A stretch of 64,000 nt of DNA from Nitrospirota bacterium (GTDB lineage Bacteria; Nitrospirota; UBA9217), in NCBI GenBank assembly GCA_046704425.1, contig JBJKRX010000018.1, positions 20,385 to 84,384 of the forward strand, written 5' to 3'. The position numbers and the translations under genes are program-made. A model generated the notes under the pieces. That model was given only the letters and a program-made list of their open reading frames with translations, had not been told where the DNA came from and ran no database searches. How positions within the stretch are numbered: position 1 is the stretch's first letter; each line of letters opens with the position of its first letter. Positions 17,996-29,182 of this stretch are shown piece after piece.

Positions 17996-18514
17996 ATGTC
18001 CCCCATGCCTCGTACCAACATCGTCCTGATCGGCATGCCCGGATCCGGCAAAAGCACGGTCGGCGTGATCCTGGCCAAGCAGTCGGGACGCGCGTTCATG
18101 GACACGGACCTCTTGATCCAGTCACGGGAGGGCAGGTCGCTCCAGGACATCGTGGACCAAGAAGGCTACCAAGAGCTGCGCCGGATCGAGGAAGAGATCC
18201 TGCTCTCGCTGTCGGTCCAAGACGCCGTGGTGGCCACGGGCGGGAGCGCGGTCTACAGCAGGGCGGCCATGGAGCACCTGGGGAAAACCGGCGTGATCGT
18301 CTTTCTGGACGTGGGCCTTGCGATCCTCGAATCCCGTGTGCAAAACTTCGGCGAACGGGGGCTGGCCAAACGGCCTGACCAGACCTTCGCGCAGCTTTTT
18401 GCGGAGCGCCTTCCCCTCTACCGGGCCTCCGCGGAGATCACGATCCCCGGCGGCAGGTTGACCCACGAAGAGGTCGCGGCCGCAATCCTCGCTGCATACG
18501 AACGGCGTCGGTGA
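17996..18514 (+). CDS. aroK: Shikimate kinase
   Basis: The product has the Walker A motif IVLIGMPGSGKSTVG, and the remainder is shikimate-kinase-like. Confidence 0.8.
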   Translation: MSPMPRTNIVLIGMPGSGKSTVGVILAKQSGRAFMDTDLLIQSREGRSLQDIVDQEGYQELRRIEEEILLSLSVQDAVVATGGSAVYSRAAMEHLGKTGVIVFLDVGLAILESRVQNFGERGLAKRPDQTFAQLFAERLPLYRASAEITIPGGRLTHEEVAAAILAAYERRR

Positions 18515-18524
18515 CGCAGGAAGG

Positions 18525-19283
18525 TCACGGCTGCCGCTCGGCGGACAGGAGAAACTCCACGTTCCCGTCCTGGCCCGTGATCGGCGATGGGATCACGCCC
18601 CGCACCGTAAAGCCGAGGTCCCGGACGACCGTGACTACGCGCTCCACTACTGCGCGCCGCACCTCTGCGTCCCGTACGATCCCGCCCTTGCCCACCTGCC
18701 CCCTGCCCACCTCGAACTGCGGCTTGATCAACGCGATGAGCTCCGTCCCCGGACGGAGGAACGGCAAAAGAGCGGGGATGACCTTTTCGAGGGAGATGAA
18801 CGAGACATCGATGACGACGAGATCGATGGGATCGGGGACCTGGGCCGGGGAAAGAGAACGGATGTTCGCGCGCTCGATCACGACCACGCGCGGGTCCTGC
18901 CGCAGCTTCCATGCAAGCTGCCCGTAGCCCACGTCTACGGCATAGACCTTCTGCGCGCCCTTCTGCAGCAGACAATCGGTGAATCCGCCTGTCGAGGCCC
19001 CCACGTCGAGACAGATCCGCTTCTGGACAGCGACCGCGAACCCTTCCAGCGCAGCCGCAAGCTTCACGCCTCCCCTGCTCACGTAGGGCAGGTCGTCTCC
19101 GAGAATGCGGATTGCGGCCCCTGCCGGAACCAGCGCACCTGCCTTGCTCTGTTTCTGTTCGTTCACCAGCACCTGGCCCGCAAGGATCAGGGCCTGGCCG
19201 CGCTCCCGGCTCGCGACCAGCCCCCGGCTCACGAGGAGCCGGTCGAGCCGGAGCTTTCTCTCCTGGGACGGTTTTCCGTTCAT
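18525..19283 (-). CDS. tlyA: TlyA-family rRNA 2'-O-methyltransferase (S4 domain plus FtsJ-like MTase)
   Basis: The product has an S4-like N-terminus (LRLDRLLVSRGLVASRERGQALI) and the SAM-binding motif LDVGASTGGFTD. Confidence 0.8.
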   Translation of the reverse strand: MNGKPSQERKLRLDRLLVSRGLVASRERGQALILAGQVLVNEQKQSKAGALVPAGAAIRILGDDLPYVSRGGVKLAAALEGFAVAVQKRICLDVGASTGGFTDCLLQKGAQKVYAVDVGYGQLAWKLRQDPRVVVIERANIRSLSPAQVPDPIDLVVIDVSFISLEKVIPALLPFLRPGTELIALIKPQFEVGRGQVGKGGIVRDAEVRRAVVERVVTVVRDLGFTVRGVIPSPITGQDGNVEFLLSAERQP

Positions 19284-19344
19284 GGGAAGAAAAAGGGCAC
19301 TGGGAAGGATCCCAGTGCCCCGGACGTTTTCCTGCGCAGGCTCC

Positions 19345-21267
19345 TTAGGCGTCCTTTGCCTTGAAGCTCACGACGGGCGCCACCGCCTTCAGGCGGGTCC
19401 TTTCGATGAACTCCTTCACCGACGCGGTAATGCCGTCCGCGTCCAGCCCGTACTTCCGGCGCAGATCCTTCTGGGCGCCGTGTTCGATATAGGCGTCGGG
19501 AAGCCCGATCCGGTGCGTCTTGACGCCCGTCATCCCCTGCAGGTCGAACAGTTCCAGCACCGCGCTCCCGAACCCGCCCTGCAGGACGTGCTCCTCGATC
19601 GTCACGATCCGGCCGGTCTTTTTCGCGAGCGACAGGATGAGTTCCTCGTCGAGGGGCTTCACGAACCGCGCGTTCACCACCGCGACCGACAGTCCCTCGT
19701 CCGCGAGCCGCAGGGCGGCCTTGATCGCGGGGCAGACCGTGTTCCCGATCGCGATGATCGCGGCATCGGCGCCGTCCATCACGAGCTCGGCCTTGCCGAT
19801 CGGCAGGCTGAGCAGTTCCTGGTCCATGGGCACGCCGCACCCGATGCCGCGGGGGTACCGCACGGCAACGGGACCGGGATGCTCCACGGCGGTCTTGATC
19901 ATGTGCTGCAGCTCGTTCTCATCCTTGGGCGCCATGACCACCATGTTCGGCACGTGGCGCAGGTAGGCCATGTCGAAGACCCCGTGGTGCGTGGGCCCGT
20001 CCTCGCCCACGAGGCCCGCCCGGTCCAGGGCCAGCGTCACCGGCAGGTTCTGAAGGCAGAGGTCATGCACCACCTGATCGTAGGCGCGCTGGGTGAAGGT
20101 GGAATAGATGGCGGCCACCGGGTGCATCCCTTCGACCGCGAGGCCGCAGGCAAAGGTGACGCCGTGCGGCTCCGCGATGCCCACGTCGAAGAACCGTTCC
20201 GGATAGAGTTCCGCGAACTTGTCGAGACCCGTGCCCTCGGACATGGCTGCGGAGATCGCCACGAGCCGCTCGTTCTCCTCGGCCAGCCGGATCATGGTCT
20301 TCCCGAAGACCTCGGTATAGCTCATGATGGACTGTTTCTTCGCCTTCGCCTTCCCGGTCTCGGGGTCGAAAGGCGCCACGCCGTGGTACTGCGACGGGTT
20401 GCACTCGGCGAACTCGCACCCCTTGCCCTTGCGCGTGATGACGTGGACCAGCACGGGCCAGGAGTAGCGCTTCACGTTCCGGAAGGTCTCGATCAGGTGG
20501 TTGATGTTGTGGCCGTCGATGGGACCCACGTACTGGAACCCCAGGTCCTCGAACAGCATGCCCGGCACCATCAGGCCCTTGATGGAGTCCTCGGCCTTCT
20601 TCGCCAGCTGGGACATGGGCCCCCCGACCTTCGGGATGCCTTGGAGAAAGTTCTTCGTCTCCTTCCGCAACCGGGTATAGAAGCTCCCGGTCAGAAGCCT
20701 GCTGAGGTACGACGAGAGAGCGCCCACGTTCGGGGAGATGGACATCTCGTTGTCGTTCAGGACGACGATCAGGTTCTTCTTGAGATGCCCCGCCTGGTTC
20801 AGCCCTTCGAAGGCGAGCCCCGCAGAGATGGAGCCGTCCCCGATCAGGGCGATGACCTTGAAATCCTCGCCCTTGATGTCGCGGGCCGAGATCATGCCGA
20901 GGGCCGCGGAGATGGACGTGCTCGCGTGGCCAACGTCGAAATGGTCGTAGGGGCCTTCCTCGCGCTTGGGAAATCCGCTCAGGCCGCCGAACTGACGCAG
21001 AGTGGCGAATTGCGCGCGCCTGCCGGTCAGGAGCTTGTGGGCGTATGCCTGGTGGCCCACGTCCCAGACGATGCGGTCGCGCGGGGTGTCGAAGGCGAAG
21101 TGCAGCGCAATGGTCAGGTCCACCACCCCGAGGCTCGGCGCCAGATGGCCGCCGGTATGCGAGACCGTCCCGATGATCTCCTGCCGCACCTCCTCTGCCA
21201 GCACCGGCAGGTCTTCGGGGGGCAGTGCCCGCAGATCGTCGGGGTTATTGATGGTGTCGAGAATCAT
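19345..21267 (-). CDS. dxs: 1-deoxy-D-xylulose-5-phosphate synthase
   Basis: The 640-aa ORF begins [15 protein letters not shown] and contains the TPP-binding motif [18 protein letters not shown]. It shows transketolase-like domains. Confidence 0.9.
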   Translation of the reverse strand: MILDTINNPDDLRALPPEDLPVLAEEVRQEIIGTVSHTGGHLAPSLGVVDLTIALHFAFDTPRDRIVWDVGHQAYAHKLLTGRRAQFATLRQFGGLSGFPKREEGPYDHFDVGHASTSISAALGMISARDIKGEDFKVIALIGDGSISAGLAFEGLNQAGHLKKNLIVVLNDNEMSISPNVGALSSYLSRLLTGSFYTRLRKETKNFLQGIPKVGGPMSQLAKKAEDSIKGLMVPGMLFEDLGFQYVGPIDGHNINHLIETFRNVKRYSWPVLVHVITRKGKGCEFAECNPSQYHGVAPFDPETGKAKAKKQSIMSYTEVFGKTMIRLAEENERLVAISAAMSEGTGLDKFAELYPERFFDVGIAEPHGVTFACGLAVEGMHPVAAIYSTFTQRAYDQVVHDLCLQNLPVTLALDRAGLVGEDGPTHHGVFDMAYLRHVPNMVVMAPKDENELQHMIKTAVEHPGPVAVRYPRGIGCGVPMDQELLSLPIGKAELVMDGADAAIIAIGNTVCPAIKAALRLADEGLSVAVVNARFVKPLDEELILSLAKKTGRIVTIEEHVLQGGFGSAVLELFDLQGMTGVKTHRIGLPDAYIEHGAQKDLRRKYGLDADGITASVKEFIERTRLKAVAPVVSFKAKDA

Positions 21268-21287
21268 GGAATACCTCTTGGGTAAAA

Positions 21288-22178
21288 TTAATGCACGCGC
21301 TGTACGATGTAGCGCGCCAGTGTCCGGAGCGGCTCGGCCTTGCGGTCGAAGTCCTTGAGCGATGCGATCGCACGGTCCGCGACCTCCTCCGCCCTCCGGC
21401 GAGACTCCGCCAAACCGTAGAAGCTCGGGAAGGTCTTCTTCCCCTTTTTCAGGTCGCTGCCTACGTCCTTGCCGATCTGTTCCTGCGTTCCCGTAATGTC
21501 CAGGATGTCGTCAACGATCTGGAACGCGAGCCCTACCGCCTCTCCGTAGTGGGTGAGCGCCGCGAACTGCCGTTTGCCCGCATTGCCGAAGAAGGCGCCC
21601 GTGCGCACCGAGGCACGGAAGAGCGCGCCGGTCTTGTGTGTATGGATGTATTCCAGGGTCGGGAAATCCACGTCCCTGCCTTCGGACTCCATGTCCACCA
21701 CCTGGCCGCCCACCATGCCGTGGATGCCCGATGCAGTGGCGATCTCCCGGATGATCGCCACCAGCCGCTTCGCGGGGATCGTCTTCTGCAGCCGGGGATC
21801 GGCCAGGACCTCGAAGGCCCGGTTCAAGAGCCCGTCTCCCGCAAGGATGGCGATCGCCTCGCCGAACTTCTTGTGACACGTGGGCTTGCCGCGCCGAAAA
21901 TCGTCGTCGTCCATGGCAGGCAGGTCGTCGTGGATCAGGGAGTAGGTATGAATGAGCTCCAGCGAACCCGCGATCGGCAGGAGGTCAACGGTCCTGGCTC
22001 CCAGGGCCTCGGCCGCAGCGATCGCCAGGATCGGCCGCACGCGCTTGCCGCCCGCGAAGAGGCTGTAGCGCATGGCCTCGTGGATCGATCCGGGAAAGAC
22101 TTTCGCCGGCGGCACGAGCTTATCGAGCGCCTTGTCCACGAGCACTTTTTTCTTCTGGAGATAGGCCTTGATGTCCAT
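21288..22178 (-). CDS. ispA: Polyprenyl (farnesyl/geranylgeranyl) diphosphate synthase
   Basis: The product has the first and second Asp-rich motifs ([26 protein letters not shown]). The start was set at MDIKAYLQ. Confidence 0.85.
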   Translation of the reverse strand: MDIKAYLQKKKVLVDKALDKLVPPAKVFPGSIHEAMRYSLFAGGKRVRPILAIAAAEALGARTVDLLPIAGSLELIHTYSLIHDDLPAMDDDDFRRGKPTCHKKFGEAIAILAGDGLLNRAFEVLADPRLQKTIPAKRLVAIIREIATASGIHGMVGGQVVDMESEGRDVDFPTLEYIHTHKTGALFRASVRTGAFFGNAGKRQFAALTHYGEAVGLAFQIVDDILDITGTQEQIGKDVGSDLKKGKKTFPSFYGLAESRRRAEEVADRAIASLKDFDRKAEPLRTLARYIVQRVH

Positions 22179-22240
22179 CGGTTGAACCAAGCACCAAACA
22201 ACAAGCATCAAATGCCAAATTAAAACTTCTTCCGCAGGGG

Positions 22241-22468
22241 TTACTCTTCTTCCTCAAAGGGTTCGGCCTTCAGTTCCCCGTCCTTCCCCTTGACCAGGAT
22301 CTCCACCTTACGCTCGGCCTCGTCGAGCCGTCGGGAACAGATGCGGGAGAGCTTGATGCCTTCCTCGAAGAGCTTGAGGGACTGCTCCAGGCTGCCCTCG
22401 CCCTTTTCGAGCTCCTGCACGATCTCTTCCAGCCGGGCCATGGCTGCTTCGAATTTCTTTTCCGCCAT
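22241..22468 (-). CDS. xseB: Exodeoxyribonuclease VII small subunit
   Basis: The 75-aa product is MAEKKFEAAMARLEEIVQELEKGEGSLEQSLKLFEEGIKLSRICSRRLDEAERKVEIL. Confidence 0.8.
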   Translation of the reverse strand: MAEKKFEAAMARLEEIVQELEKGEGSLEQSLKLFEEGIKLSRICSRRLDEAERKVEILVKGKDGELKAEPFEEEE

Positions 22469-22503
22469 AATATTCCGTCAGCTGCGACAGCAACGCATCC
22501 CGA

Positions 22504-22532
22504 ATTATATACGCCAGAAGGGCATAAATCAA
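22504..22532 (-). promoter_or_regulatory. Promoter for the xseB-ispA-dxs-tlyA operon (TTGATT-17-TATAAT), preceded by the lhr terminator hairpin GCCGGAG-N9-CTCCGGC (about 22540-22562)
   Basis: It was read on the minus strand. The -10 is perfect. Confidence 0.45.
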
Positions 22533-22574
22533 GATAAATGCCGGAGAAACGGAGGCTCCGGCCCTGCAAAGGGG

Positions 22575-25500
22575 TCAATATTCTTTCCATAGCTCCAGCG
22601 CGTTCCGTGCAATGCGGAAGCCGATCTGCTGGAAGGCCGCGGCGTAGGCGCTCTCTGCGGCAGGCTCGTTGTTAATCGTTTCGATCAGGACCCGGGGGAG
22701 AGGGGTGAACTCGCGGAGCAGCATCTCCCTCAATACCATGCCGTAGTCCCGGAGCCGCGGATCCTCCGGGGCCGCCGGGATCTCGAGCGTCCTTCCGCGG
22801 CGCTTCACGATCATGACAAGCCTGCCCCCGTGGTACACGAGCGAGGTCGAAACAAGCCGCGGCGGAAGACCGGCAAAAGGAGCGAGCCCTAGTCCGCAGA
22901 GCGATGCCGGATCGGCAGCGTTCATCCAGAATACCGCGTCCGGCGGCAGCGGCTCCTGCAGCATGCGAAACGCCTCGTGCGAGACGAACTGCGGTCCGGA
23001 AATCCCCGCAAAGAAATAACCCGCAAGGACCTCGCCGGAAAGCTCCATTAACCGCAGGGAGCGAAAGAGAGCCCGCCACTGGAGCAGGGGGAGCTCGTTC
23101 TGCAGCAGCTCGCGGAACAGAATGCCGTAGCGCTTGAAAAGCTGCCGGATGCGGTCCTTCATCAGCTCTTCGTCTTCCAGAAGGTCCTGTTCCCGCTCAG
23201 GCGGATCGATCCGAAGCCAGTGCCCTTCCAACGGACGGGACAGCTTCCAGCGATTGAATCCGGACCTGCGCGAGGGCGGTCTCCCGGCATCACCGACGGC
23301 CCGGGCGGTGAACCCCGTGACGGCGCCCTGCCTGATCGTTCGGAACGAATCGCTCGTCACGTTCCCTTTCCAGGCCTCCTTCCACAGCAGTTCCGTGGCC
23401 CTGACCGTGTCCATGCGGGAGAGATCGATAATCTCCGAAAAACGATACTTGCCGCGCCGGTCGGGGATCAGGCGGGCAAGCTCGTCGTCGTGCTCTGCTG
23501 TCGCGTCGGGTGTGCGGAACAGTTCCAGGTCCTGGTGGAACGCGAGGCTGATGCGCTTCTGCCCGCAGCCGAACCAGACAAGATCGCTTTCGCTCATGAG
23601 CCTGTCCAACCATTCGCCCCGATAGGGCTTCATGCGGCTGGGCAGGAGGTGCTCTTCCCAGGCCGCAACAGGTGCGGGCCAGCCGAAGAGCTGTTCCAGG
23701 CGGTTCTGGAGGTCCTCCGGGGACTCCCCCCGGGGGGTGATGCCCTGGAAGGCTGCAAGAAAAAGCGGAAGCTGCTCAGGCAACAGGGCGGTGAAGGAGG
23801 GCCTCCGGTAGCGCCGCGCCATGCGAAGCAGCATCTCGAGATTTTCGCTGTCGCAGAGCTCGAGGGTCCCGCTCGCTTCGCCGAACCGGTCCAGGATGAG
23901 GTCCCCCGACTCGATCAGGGGTTCCACGGCCTCGTCCAGCCGCTCCGGGGTGACGCCGAGCAGGTGATGGAGCTGTTCCTTTCCGATGGGGCCGTAGTAG
24001 GCGAGAAAGCTCGCGAGGAACCCGGAGAGGTCGTACTCCTCGGGGATCGTCGTGCCTTTGCGAATGAAGCTTAGTGCCCTTCCTTTCGCGGTTTCGCCGG
24101 ATTCTTCTCGGGAAACCGGCGTTATGTGCAGATCCTCCGGGAGGAGCCGGAAGGCGACAAGGATCCTCGGCAGGCTTTCGAGGGCTGCGAGAAGAGGATG
24201 TGCGACCCCGGGCCAGGTCAGCCAGGCGAGCTTCTTCACCTGGGCATGGAGCCACGCAGCGGGATCGACGCCAATGTCTTGCCTGATCGCGACGGCAAGC
24301 TCCTTCCACTCAGGCTCGGGGATCAGCAGCCGCTCCTTCACCCAGTCGAGCAGTTCCCGGGGAGAGCCGGGCGCGTAGCCCGTTGCCGAACGCTTCAGCT
24401 TTTCGTCGAGGATGCGGAACAGCGCATCGGGGATCTTCGGACGCAGGTGCGGGGAGAACAGCAGTTCTTTGATCAGATCGGGCCGCAGGTTCGATCCTTT
24501 TGCCGTGAGCGGCGTGTCGTCTTCGTACATATACCTGTTCGTCTGCTTCCAGACGAGGTGGGAGGCGAAGGGAGAGGCGGCGCGCGTCACGGTCTCGCTT
24601 ACGGCGATCGAGCGATCGTGCAGGTCGTCGAGCACCTGCTTCAGGTTTGCGAGGTCGAATTCGTCCTCCAGACAGGTCCTCCAGGTCTCGATCAGGACCG
24701 GGAAGTCCTCATACCTGCGGATCGACTCGAGCAGCTCCTTGGACCGGAGCCTGATGAGCCAGAGCGGCATGCGGCGCTTGAAGCTTGCCTTGGGGAGGAG
24801 AAGCGCCCGCTCGGCGTTCTCCCGGAACCGGGCCCCGAAGAAGCCCGTCTGTTCCAGCTTCTTCCGAAGAAATCCTTCCACGTTCTCGGCGTTCAGGAGC
24901 CCGAGGACCTCCCCAGCCGCTGTCTCGCGCGGGAGCATGAGCAGAAGCGCGTCGTCTGCCTCGATCACCGAGAGCGGCGTGTGCTCGCGCTCTTCCCAGG
25001 CCTGGGAGAGGGCAAGCCCGAAGGGCCGGTTCACCCTTCCGCCCCAGAAGGTGTGGATGATCATCTGCCGCTGCTCGCCGCTACCAGCAGGCTCTTCGAG
25101 GTGTTCGATCAGGATATGGTGGCGGTGTGGCAGGCTTTGGCCGGTCGCCTCTTTCTGAAGCCTCAGGAACAGGACAAGCTCGTCGGCCGCGGTCTCTTCC
25201 ATGGCATGGCCTTGGATGAGCCCGGTCTTGAACGCCGGGTCGCCGAGCCGCTTGTCCGCATCTTCGAGGAACAGCCCGATCCGTTCGGAGAGGTGGAAGT
25301 CTCGGTTCAGTTCCTCCGCCTTCCAGAAAGGGAAGATGCCGGCAGCGGAATGTGCGGGAAGGACCTCCACGTCGTTCGGGGTGATCTTCTCGATCCGCCA
25401 GAGCTGCGATCCCAGGGTGAAGGTATCGCCGATGGACCGCTCCCAGACGAACTCTTCGTCGAGCTCGCCGATCTTGGCGCGCGAGTCCTTGAGCCGGAGA

Positions 25501-27032
25501 GCGAAGTAGCCCCGCTCGGGGATGGTCCCGCCCGACAGGGAGAGGAGATAGGCCGTCCCCTTCCCGGCATCTATCGTATTGTCGATTGCATCGATCGAGA
25601 TTCGCGGCTTGAGCTCCCGGAGCCTCGTATCCGCGTATCGGCCGGCCAGCATGTCGAGCACCAGGTCGAAATGCCTCCGCGGCAGCGCGCGATAGGGGTA
25701 CATGGTCCTGATGAAGGCGTACAGCTCGTCCATGTCCCAGCGTTCCCCGACGGTCATGGACAGGACGACCTGGGCCAGGAGGTCGAGCGGAGACTCCACG
25801 GGCCGCACTTCCTCGATGTCCTGGTCCAGCACGGCCCGCGCCATGACCGCCGCGTCCACGAAATCGCGTCCATGGAGCGGGAAGATCCTCCCGCGGCTCA
25901 CCGCGCTCACCGCGTGGCCGGAGCGTCCGACGCGCTGGAGGGCCGAGGACACGGCGCGCGGGGTCTGGATCAGGACCACCTCGTCCAGGCTCCCGATATC
26001 GATGCCCAGTTCGAGCGAGTTCGTCGCCACGATGGCCTTGAGTTCGCCGTTCTTCAGCTTCTGCTCCACTGCCAGCCGGATCTCGCGGCTGAGCGAGCCA
26101 TGGTGCGCATAGGCAAGCTCGTCCCCCGCTGTCTCGTTGATCATCCGGACGACCTTTTCCGTGGTTCGCCTGCTGTTCGCAAAGAACAGGGTCGAACGGC
26201 GTCGGGAGATGATCTCCCGGAACGCGTCGATCAGTGCCGGCCACCAGGAATCATCGGCCATCTTTTCCCGGGCATCGGCAGGAAAGGAAACGTTGAGCGC
26301 GTAGGACTTCCCGTGACTCGACCGGATGATCGCAACCGCCCGCTTTTCCGGGACGGCGTCCTGCCCGTTGCCGGTCCTGCGAAATCCGCCCACGAACGCC
26401 GCAACCCGCTCCGGGGGATTGATCGTGGCGGACAGGGCGATGCGCTGGAACTCGCCGGAGAGCAGAACGAGCCGTTCGACGGCAGTGATGAGATGGGTGC
26501 CCCGCTTTGACCCGACCACGGCGTGGATCTCGTCGAGGATCACGGCAGCGACGCCCGTGAGCATCGATCTGCCGCTCCGGGAGGCGAGAAGAAGGTTCAG
26601 GGATTCGGGCGTGGTGATCAGGATCTCCGGCGGCCTGCGGGCCATCTTCCGCCGTTCTTCGGCCGGCGTGTCGCCGCTCCGCGTGAGGACCGAGATCTCC
26701 GGAAACGGTTCGCCGGCCTTCGTGAAGGTATCCTGCAACTCGGCAAGGGGCTTGAGCAGGTTGCGCTGGACATCGTTGTTCAGCGCTTTGAGCGGGGAGA
26801 CATAGAGGACGCGCACCGTGCCTCGCGGCCAGGCACCGGTGATGAGCTGGTGCATGCCCCACAGGAATGCGGCCAGGGTCTTGCCGCAGCCAGTGGGCGC
26901 GGTCACGAGCACGTGGCTTCCCTGGACGATCGCGGGCCAGGCCTTTTCCTGGATGTCCGTCGGTTGCCCGACCGTTTCGCGGAACCACTGTTGGATCAGG
27001 GGATGGAACGATGACAGGGCGCTTGCCGTCAT
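22575..27032 (-). CDS. lhr: Lhr-family large ATP-dependent DNA helicase (1485 aa)
   Basis: The N-terminal superfamily-2 helicase region reads VLVTAPTGCGKTLAAF with DEIH, and the long C-terminal extension is typical of Lhr. Confidence 0.85.
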   Translation of the reverse strand: MTASALSSFHPLIQQWFRETVGQPTDIQEKAWPAIVQGSHVLVTAPTGCGKTLAAFLWGMHQLITGAWPRGTVRVLYVSPLKALNNDVQRNLLKPLAELQDTFTKAGEPFPEISVLTRSGDTPAEERRKMARRPPEILITTPESLNLLLASRSGRSMLTGVAAVILDEIHAVVGSKRGTHLITAVERLVLLSGEFQRIALSATINPPERVAAFVGGFRRTGNGQDAVPEKRAVAIIRSSHGKSYALNVSFPADAREKMADDSWWPALIDAFREIISRRRSTLFFANSRRTTEKVVRMINETAGDELAYAHHGSLSREIRLAVEQKLKNGELKAIVATNSLELGIDIGSLDEVVLIQTPRAVSSALQRVGRSGHAVSAVSRGRIFPLHGRDFVDAAVMARAVLDQDIEEVRPVESPLDLLAQVVLSMTVGERWDMDELYAFIRTMYPYRALPRRHFDLVLDMLAGRYADTRLRELKPRISIDAIDNTIDAGKGTAYLLSLSGGTIPERGYFALRLKDSRAKIGELDEEFVWERSIGDTFTLGSQLWRIEKITPNDVEVLPAHSAAGIFPFWKAEELNRDFHLSERIGLFLEDADKRLGDPAFKTGLIQGHAMEETAADELVLFLRLQKEATGQSLPHRHHILIEHLEEPAGSGEQRQMIIHTFWGGRVNRPFGLALSQAWEEREHTPLSVIEADDALLLMLPRETAAGEVLGLLNAENVEGFLRKKLEQTGFFGARFRENAERALLLPKASFKRRMPLWLIRLRSKELLESIRRYEDFPVLIETWRTCLEDEFDLANLKQVLDDLHDRSIAVSETVTRAASPFASHLVWKQTNRYMYEDDTPLTAKGSNLRPDLIKELLFSPHLRPKIPDALFRILDEKLKRSATGYAPGSPRELLDWVKERLLIPEPEWKELAVAIRQDIGVDPAAWLHAQVKKLAWLTWPGVAHPLLAALESLPRILVAFRLLPEDLHITPVSREESGETAKGRALSFIRKGTTIPEEYDLSGFLASFLAYYGPIGKEQLHHLLGVTPERLDEAVEPLIESGDLILDRFGEASGTLELCDSENLEMLLRMARRYRRPSFTALLPEQLPLFLAAFQGITPRGESPEDLQNRLEQLFGWPAPVAAWEEHLLPSRMKPYRGEWLDRLMSESDLVWFGCGQKRISLAFHQDLELFRTPDATAEHDDELARLIPDRRGKYRFSEIIDLSRMDTVRATELLWKEAWKGNVTSDSFRTIRQGAVTGFTARAVGDAGRPPSRRSGFNRWKLSRPLEGHWLRIDPPEREQDLLEDEELMKDRIRQLFKRYGILFRELLQNELPLLQWRALFRSLRLMELSGEVLAGYFFAGISGPQFVSHEAFRMLQEPLPPDAVFWMNAADPASLCGLGLAPFAGLPPRLVSTSLVYHGGRLVMIVKRRGRTLEIPAAPEDPRLRDYGMVLREMLLREFTPLPRVLIETINNEPAAESAYAAAFQQIGFRIARNALELWKEY

Positions 27033-27104
27033 GGCCGCTGTTCCTTTACTGCAACCATAGCCCCGGGAGGAGGAAAAAACAAGACACTGGCGGCAACACC
27101 CTGG

Positions 27105-27965
27105 TCACTGCAGAAACTCGTATTGCACGTCCGTGATCTTCCCCTTCCAGTACCGCTGCCGTCCCTGCGGCAGCAGCCATGCCGCTTCGCCCGCGCGGGG
27201 AGTTCGCATCCCGTCCTGTTCAACATAATCCCAGACGCGGACCTCCCAGGGGGTGAGCACGAATTTCCCTTCCACCTCCCGGTATCGGCCGGGAGAGGTG
27301 ATGTCCGTGACATCCCCCTGTTTATCGAAGTGGTATATCACGGAGACCGTCGTCTTTCCGTCCGTCAGGGTTGCGCGAGCGCTGGTCGCATCGATCGCGC
27401 TCCAGGTCACGCCCGCGCCCGGGATGAGGGCGGTGGGAAACCAGACCGCCTCGGCGAGATATCGCTGCAGGGAGCCGGAATTGAGCTCCTGGCCGCCCTT
27501 CTCATCAAAGACCGGAATCACACCGTTGGCCTCGGCCTCCATGGACCCCTTCCCGGCCTGGTAGCCGTCGCGCACGCGCAGTCGCATAAGGAGGGCCATA
27601 CGGATGTGGGCGTCCCAGACATACGCGGGTGGGGATGCGGTGAAGTGTTCCATTGCGGTAAAGGGACGCCACGCCTCGTTCTCCTGGCTCGTCAGGAACT
27701 CGCCCCCCTGACTCACCCGTGCCGTAAGGACGCAGGCCTGACCGTCCGTAAGTGCCCTGCGCAGGTATCGGGCGACCGGAGCAGGCAGGTGATCGAAATC
27801 CTTGAACGATACCGTTTTCACCTTGAGTCCTGCCGCTTCGTGCAGTTCCGCAACCATATCGGAGGTCATGCTGTTCCATTTGGCCGTCCCGATCCAGATG
27901 ATGACGCCGAAGACGATGGCGAACAAGATCGTAATGGCCAGTATAAGTCTCACCGCAATACGCAT
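27105..27965 (-). CDS. Hypothetical protein with N-terminal transmembrane anchor (family not recognised)
   Basis: The product begins MRIAVRLILAITILFAIVFGVIIWIG and continues into a beta-rich soluble region of about 250 aa. It is the last gene of the PilZ/HTH-Zn-ribbon operon. Confidence 0.45.
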   Translation of the reverse strand: MRIAVRLILAITILFAIVFGVIIWIGTAKWNSMTSDMVAELHEAAGLKVKTVSFKDFDHLPAPVARYLRRALTDGQACVLTARVSQGGEFLTSQENEAWRPFTAMEHFTASPPAYVWDAHIRMALLMRLRVRDGYQAGKGSMEAEANGVIPVFDEKGGQELNSGSLQRYLAEAVWFPTALIPGAGVTWSAIDATSARATLTDGKTTVSVIYHFDKQGDVTDITSPGRYREVEGKFVLTPWEVRVWDYVEQDGMRTPRAGEAAWLLPQGRQRYWKGKITDVQYEFLQ

Positions 27966-28002
27966 GTGCTCTCCTCAAGTGCGCGGAACCGGCTGCTCCG
28001 CG

Positions 28003-28335
28003 CTATCCTTGTCCCTCGATTCCGAACCGCGGCTCCCGGATCGATTCCCCCTTGCAGACCGGGCACCGGCCCGGCGTCTGCAATCGTCCCCGCTTGATGA
28101 AGAGAAAGCCGCACTTCCTGCATGTTGCCGACTCGACCACGAGATGCAATCCCGACGACGCAAGCGTCTTTTGAATATGTTCGAGGTGGCCGTATACCTC
28201 GCGCTCGGGGATCCGCACCGCGGCGGAAAGGTCCCGGGCGGAGCACGGTCCGTCGCGCAGGACGGCGATGATCTCCTGCCGCACCGTTTCCCTCGTTGCG
28301 ACAGGTACGCAGGGGGGCTTCGCTTTCCTGGCCAT
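28003..28335 (-). CDS. Predicted transcriptional regulator: HTH domain fused to C-terminal Zn-ribbon (COG3357-like)
   Basis: The product is MARKAKPP...TVRQEIIAVLRDGPCSARDLSAAVRIPEREVYGHLEHIQK followed by CRKCGF...CPVCKG. The start was set inside the longer track ORF. Confidence 0.5.
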   Translation of the reverse strand: MARKAKPPCVPVATRETVRQEIIAVLRDGPCSARDLSAAVRIPEREVYGHLEHIQKTLASSGLHLVVESATCRKCGFLFIKRGRLQTPGRCPVCKGESIREPRFGIEGQG

Positions 28336-28346
28336 CGCCGTTTTCC

Positions 28347-29036
28347 TCACGACGCCGGTCCGGCCTTTTTCCGCACAAAGTCCTCGATCGCCGCGGCATC
28401 CTCGGGCGCGACGGTCCCGAATTGCACCCCGTACTTGGCCTCGCCGGATGCGTTCGGAGGCGCGACCTTCCGTACGACCTTTCCGGCGACGGTAATCCGC
28501 TTGTGCCCAGGAAGAAAAAACGAGCAGGCCAGGCGGTCGCCGAGCGATAACGGCCGATCCGACTCGAGCAGCAGACCGGTGGCGCTGATATTCTCCGACC
28601 TGCAGAAAAACGACTTGTTCGCGTCGTCGCCGTTGAGGCTGACGCTCAGGAGAACGCGGTAACATCCGCGGGAGGGGATCGCGAGCAGGGCTTCGGCCTT
28701 TTCGACGAATTGGGCGCTGTTCACCGGGAGCGGGAACATCACGTTCGGCTTGCAGAGCGCGGCGCGTCCCAGCTCTCCGGGCCGGTTCCCGTGGTACAGA
28801 ATGATGGAAACCGCGCGCAGGGCCGCGTCATCACGGATGGTCCGAAAGATCTGCTCACATGCCGCCCCCGGCGCGTCCACCCGCGAGACGATGAGATTCA
28901 CTTTTTCCAGCCGGTGGACCGAGAGAATATCGTCGTTCGTTCTGGCCGTCAGAATCTTCACATCGGCGCGCTGGAAGATGCTTGCGTCTTTCGCAAGGAC
29001 GCTGCCGATCATGTCGTTGATGAGGATCTTCTTCAT
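28347..29036 (-). CDS. PilZ-domain c-di-GMP receptor with N-terminal receiver-like domain
   Basis: The PilZ motifs are RGCYR (RxxxR) and, about 20 aa later, ENISATG (D/NxSxxG). The N-terminal 120 aa resemble a CheY-like REC fold. Confidence 0.6.
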   Translation of the reverse strand: MKKILINDMIGSVLAKDASIFQRADVKILTARTNDDILSVHRLEKVNLIVSRVDAPGAACEQIFRTIRDDAALRAVSIILYHGNRPGELGRAALCKPNVMFPLPVNSAQFVEKAEALLAIPSRGCYRVLLSVSLNGDDANKSFFCRSENISATGLLLESDRPLSLGDRLACSFFLPGHKRITVAGKVVRKVAPPNASGEAKYGVQFGTVAPEDAAAIEDFVRKKAGPAS

Positions 29037-29182
29037 GGTCCGTCCGCTCCTGTCCGGATTTTCTCCTCCGCTCCTCTCGAGCGCAACCTACTATACCATA
29101 CTCCCCGGTGGAGCGGAAGACCTGTTGCGGCCCGTGGCTGTGCATGCTATAATCGCCCAGGCAAGGGGGAAAGGAGCGATCG

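Noticed and set aside
19105-21285. 726-aa plus-strand ORF
   Set aside because: It runs antisense to dxs, which carries clear TPP motifs. Its composition is artefactual.
24126-26510. 794-aa plus-strand ORF and other 160-390-aa ORFs inside 22575-27032
   Set aside because: They are alternate or antisense frames within the Lhr helicase gene, which has Walker and DEIH motifs in the called frame.
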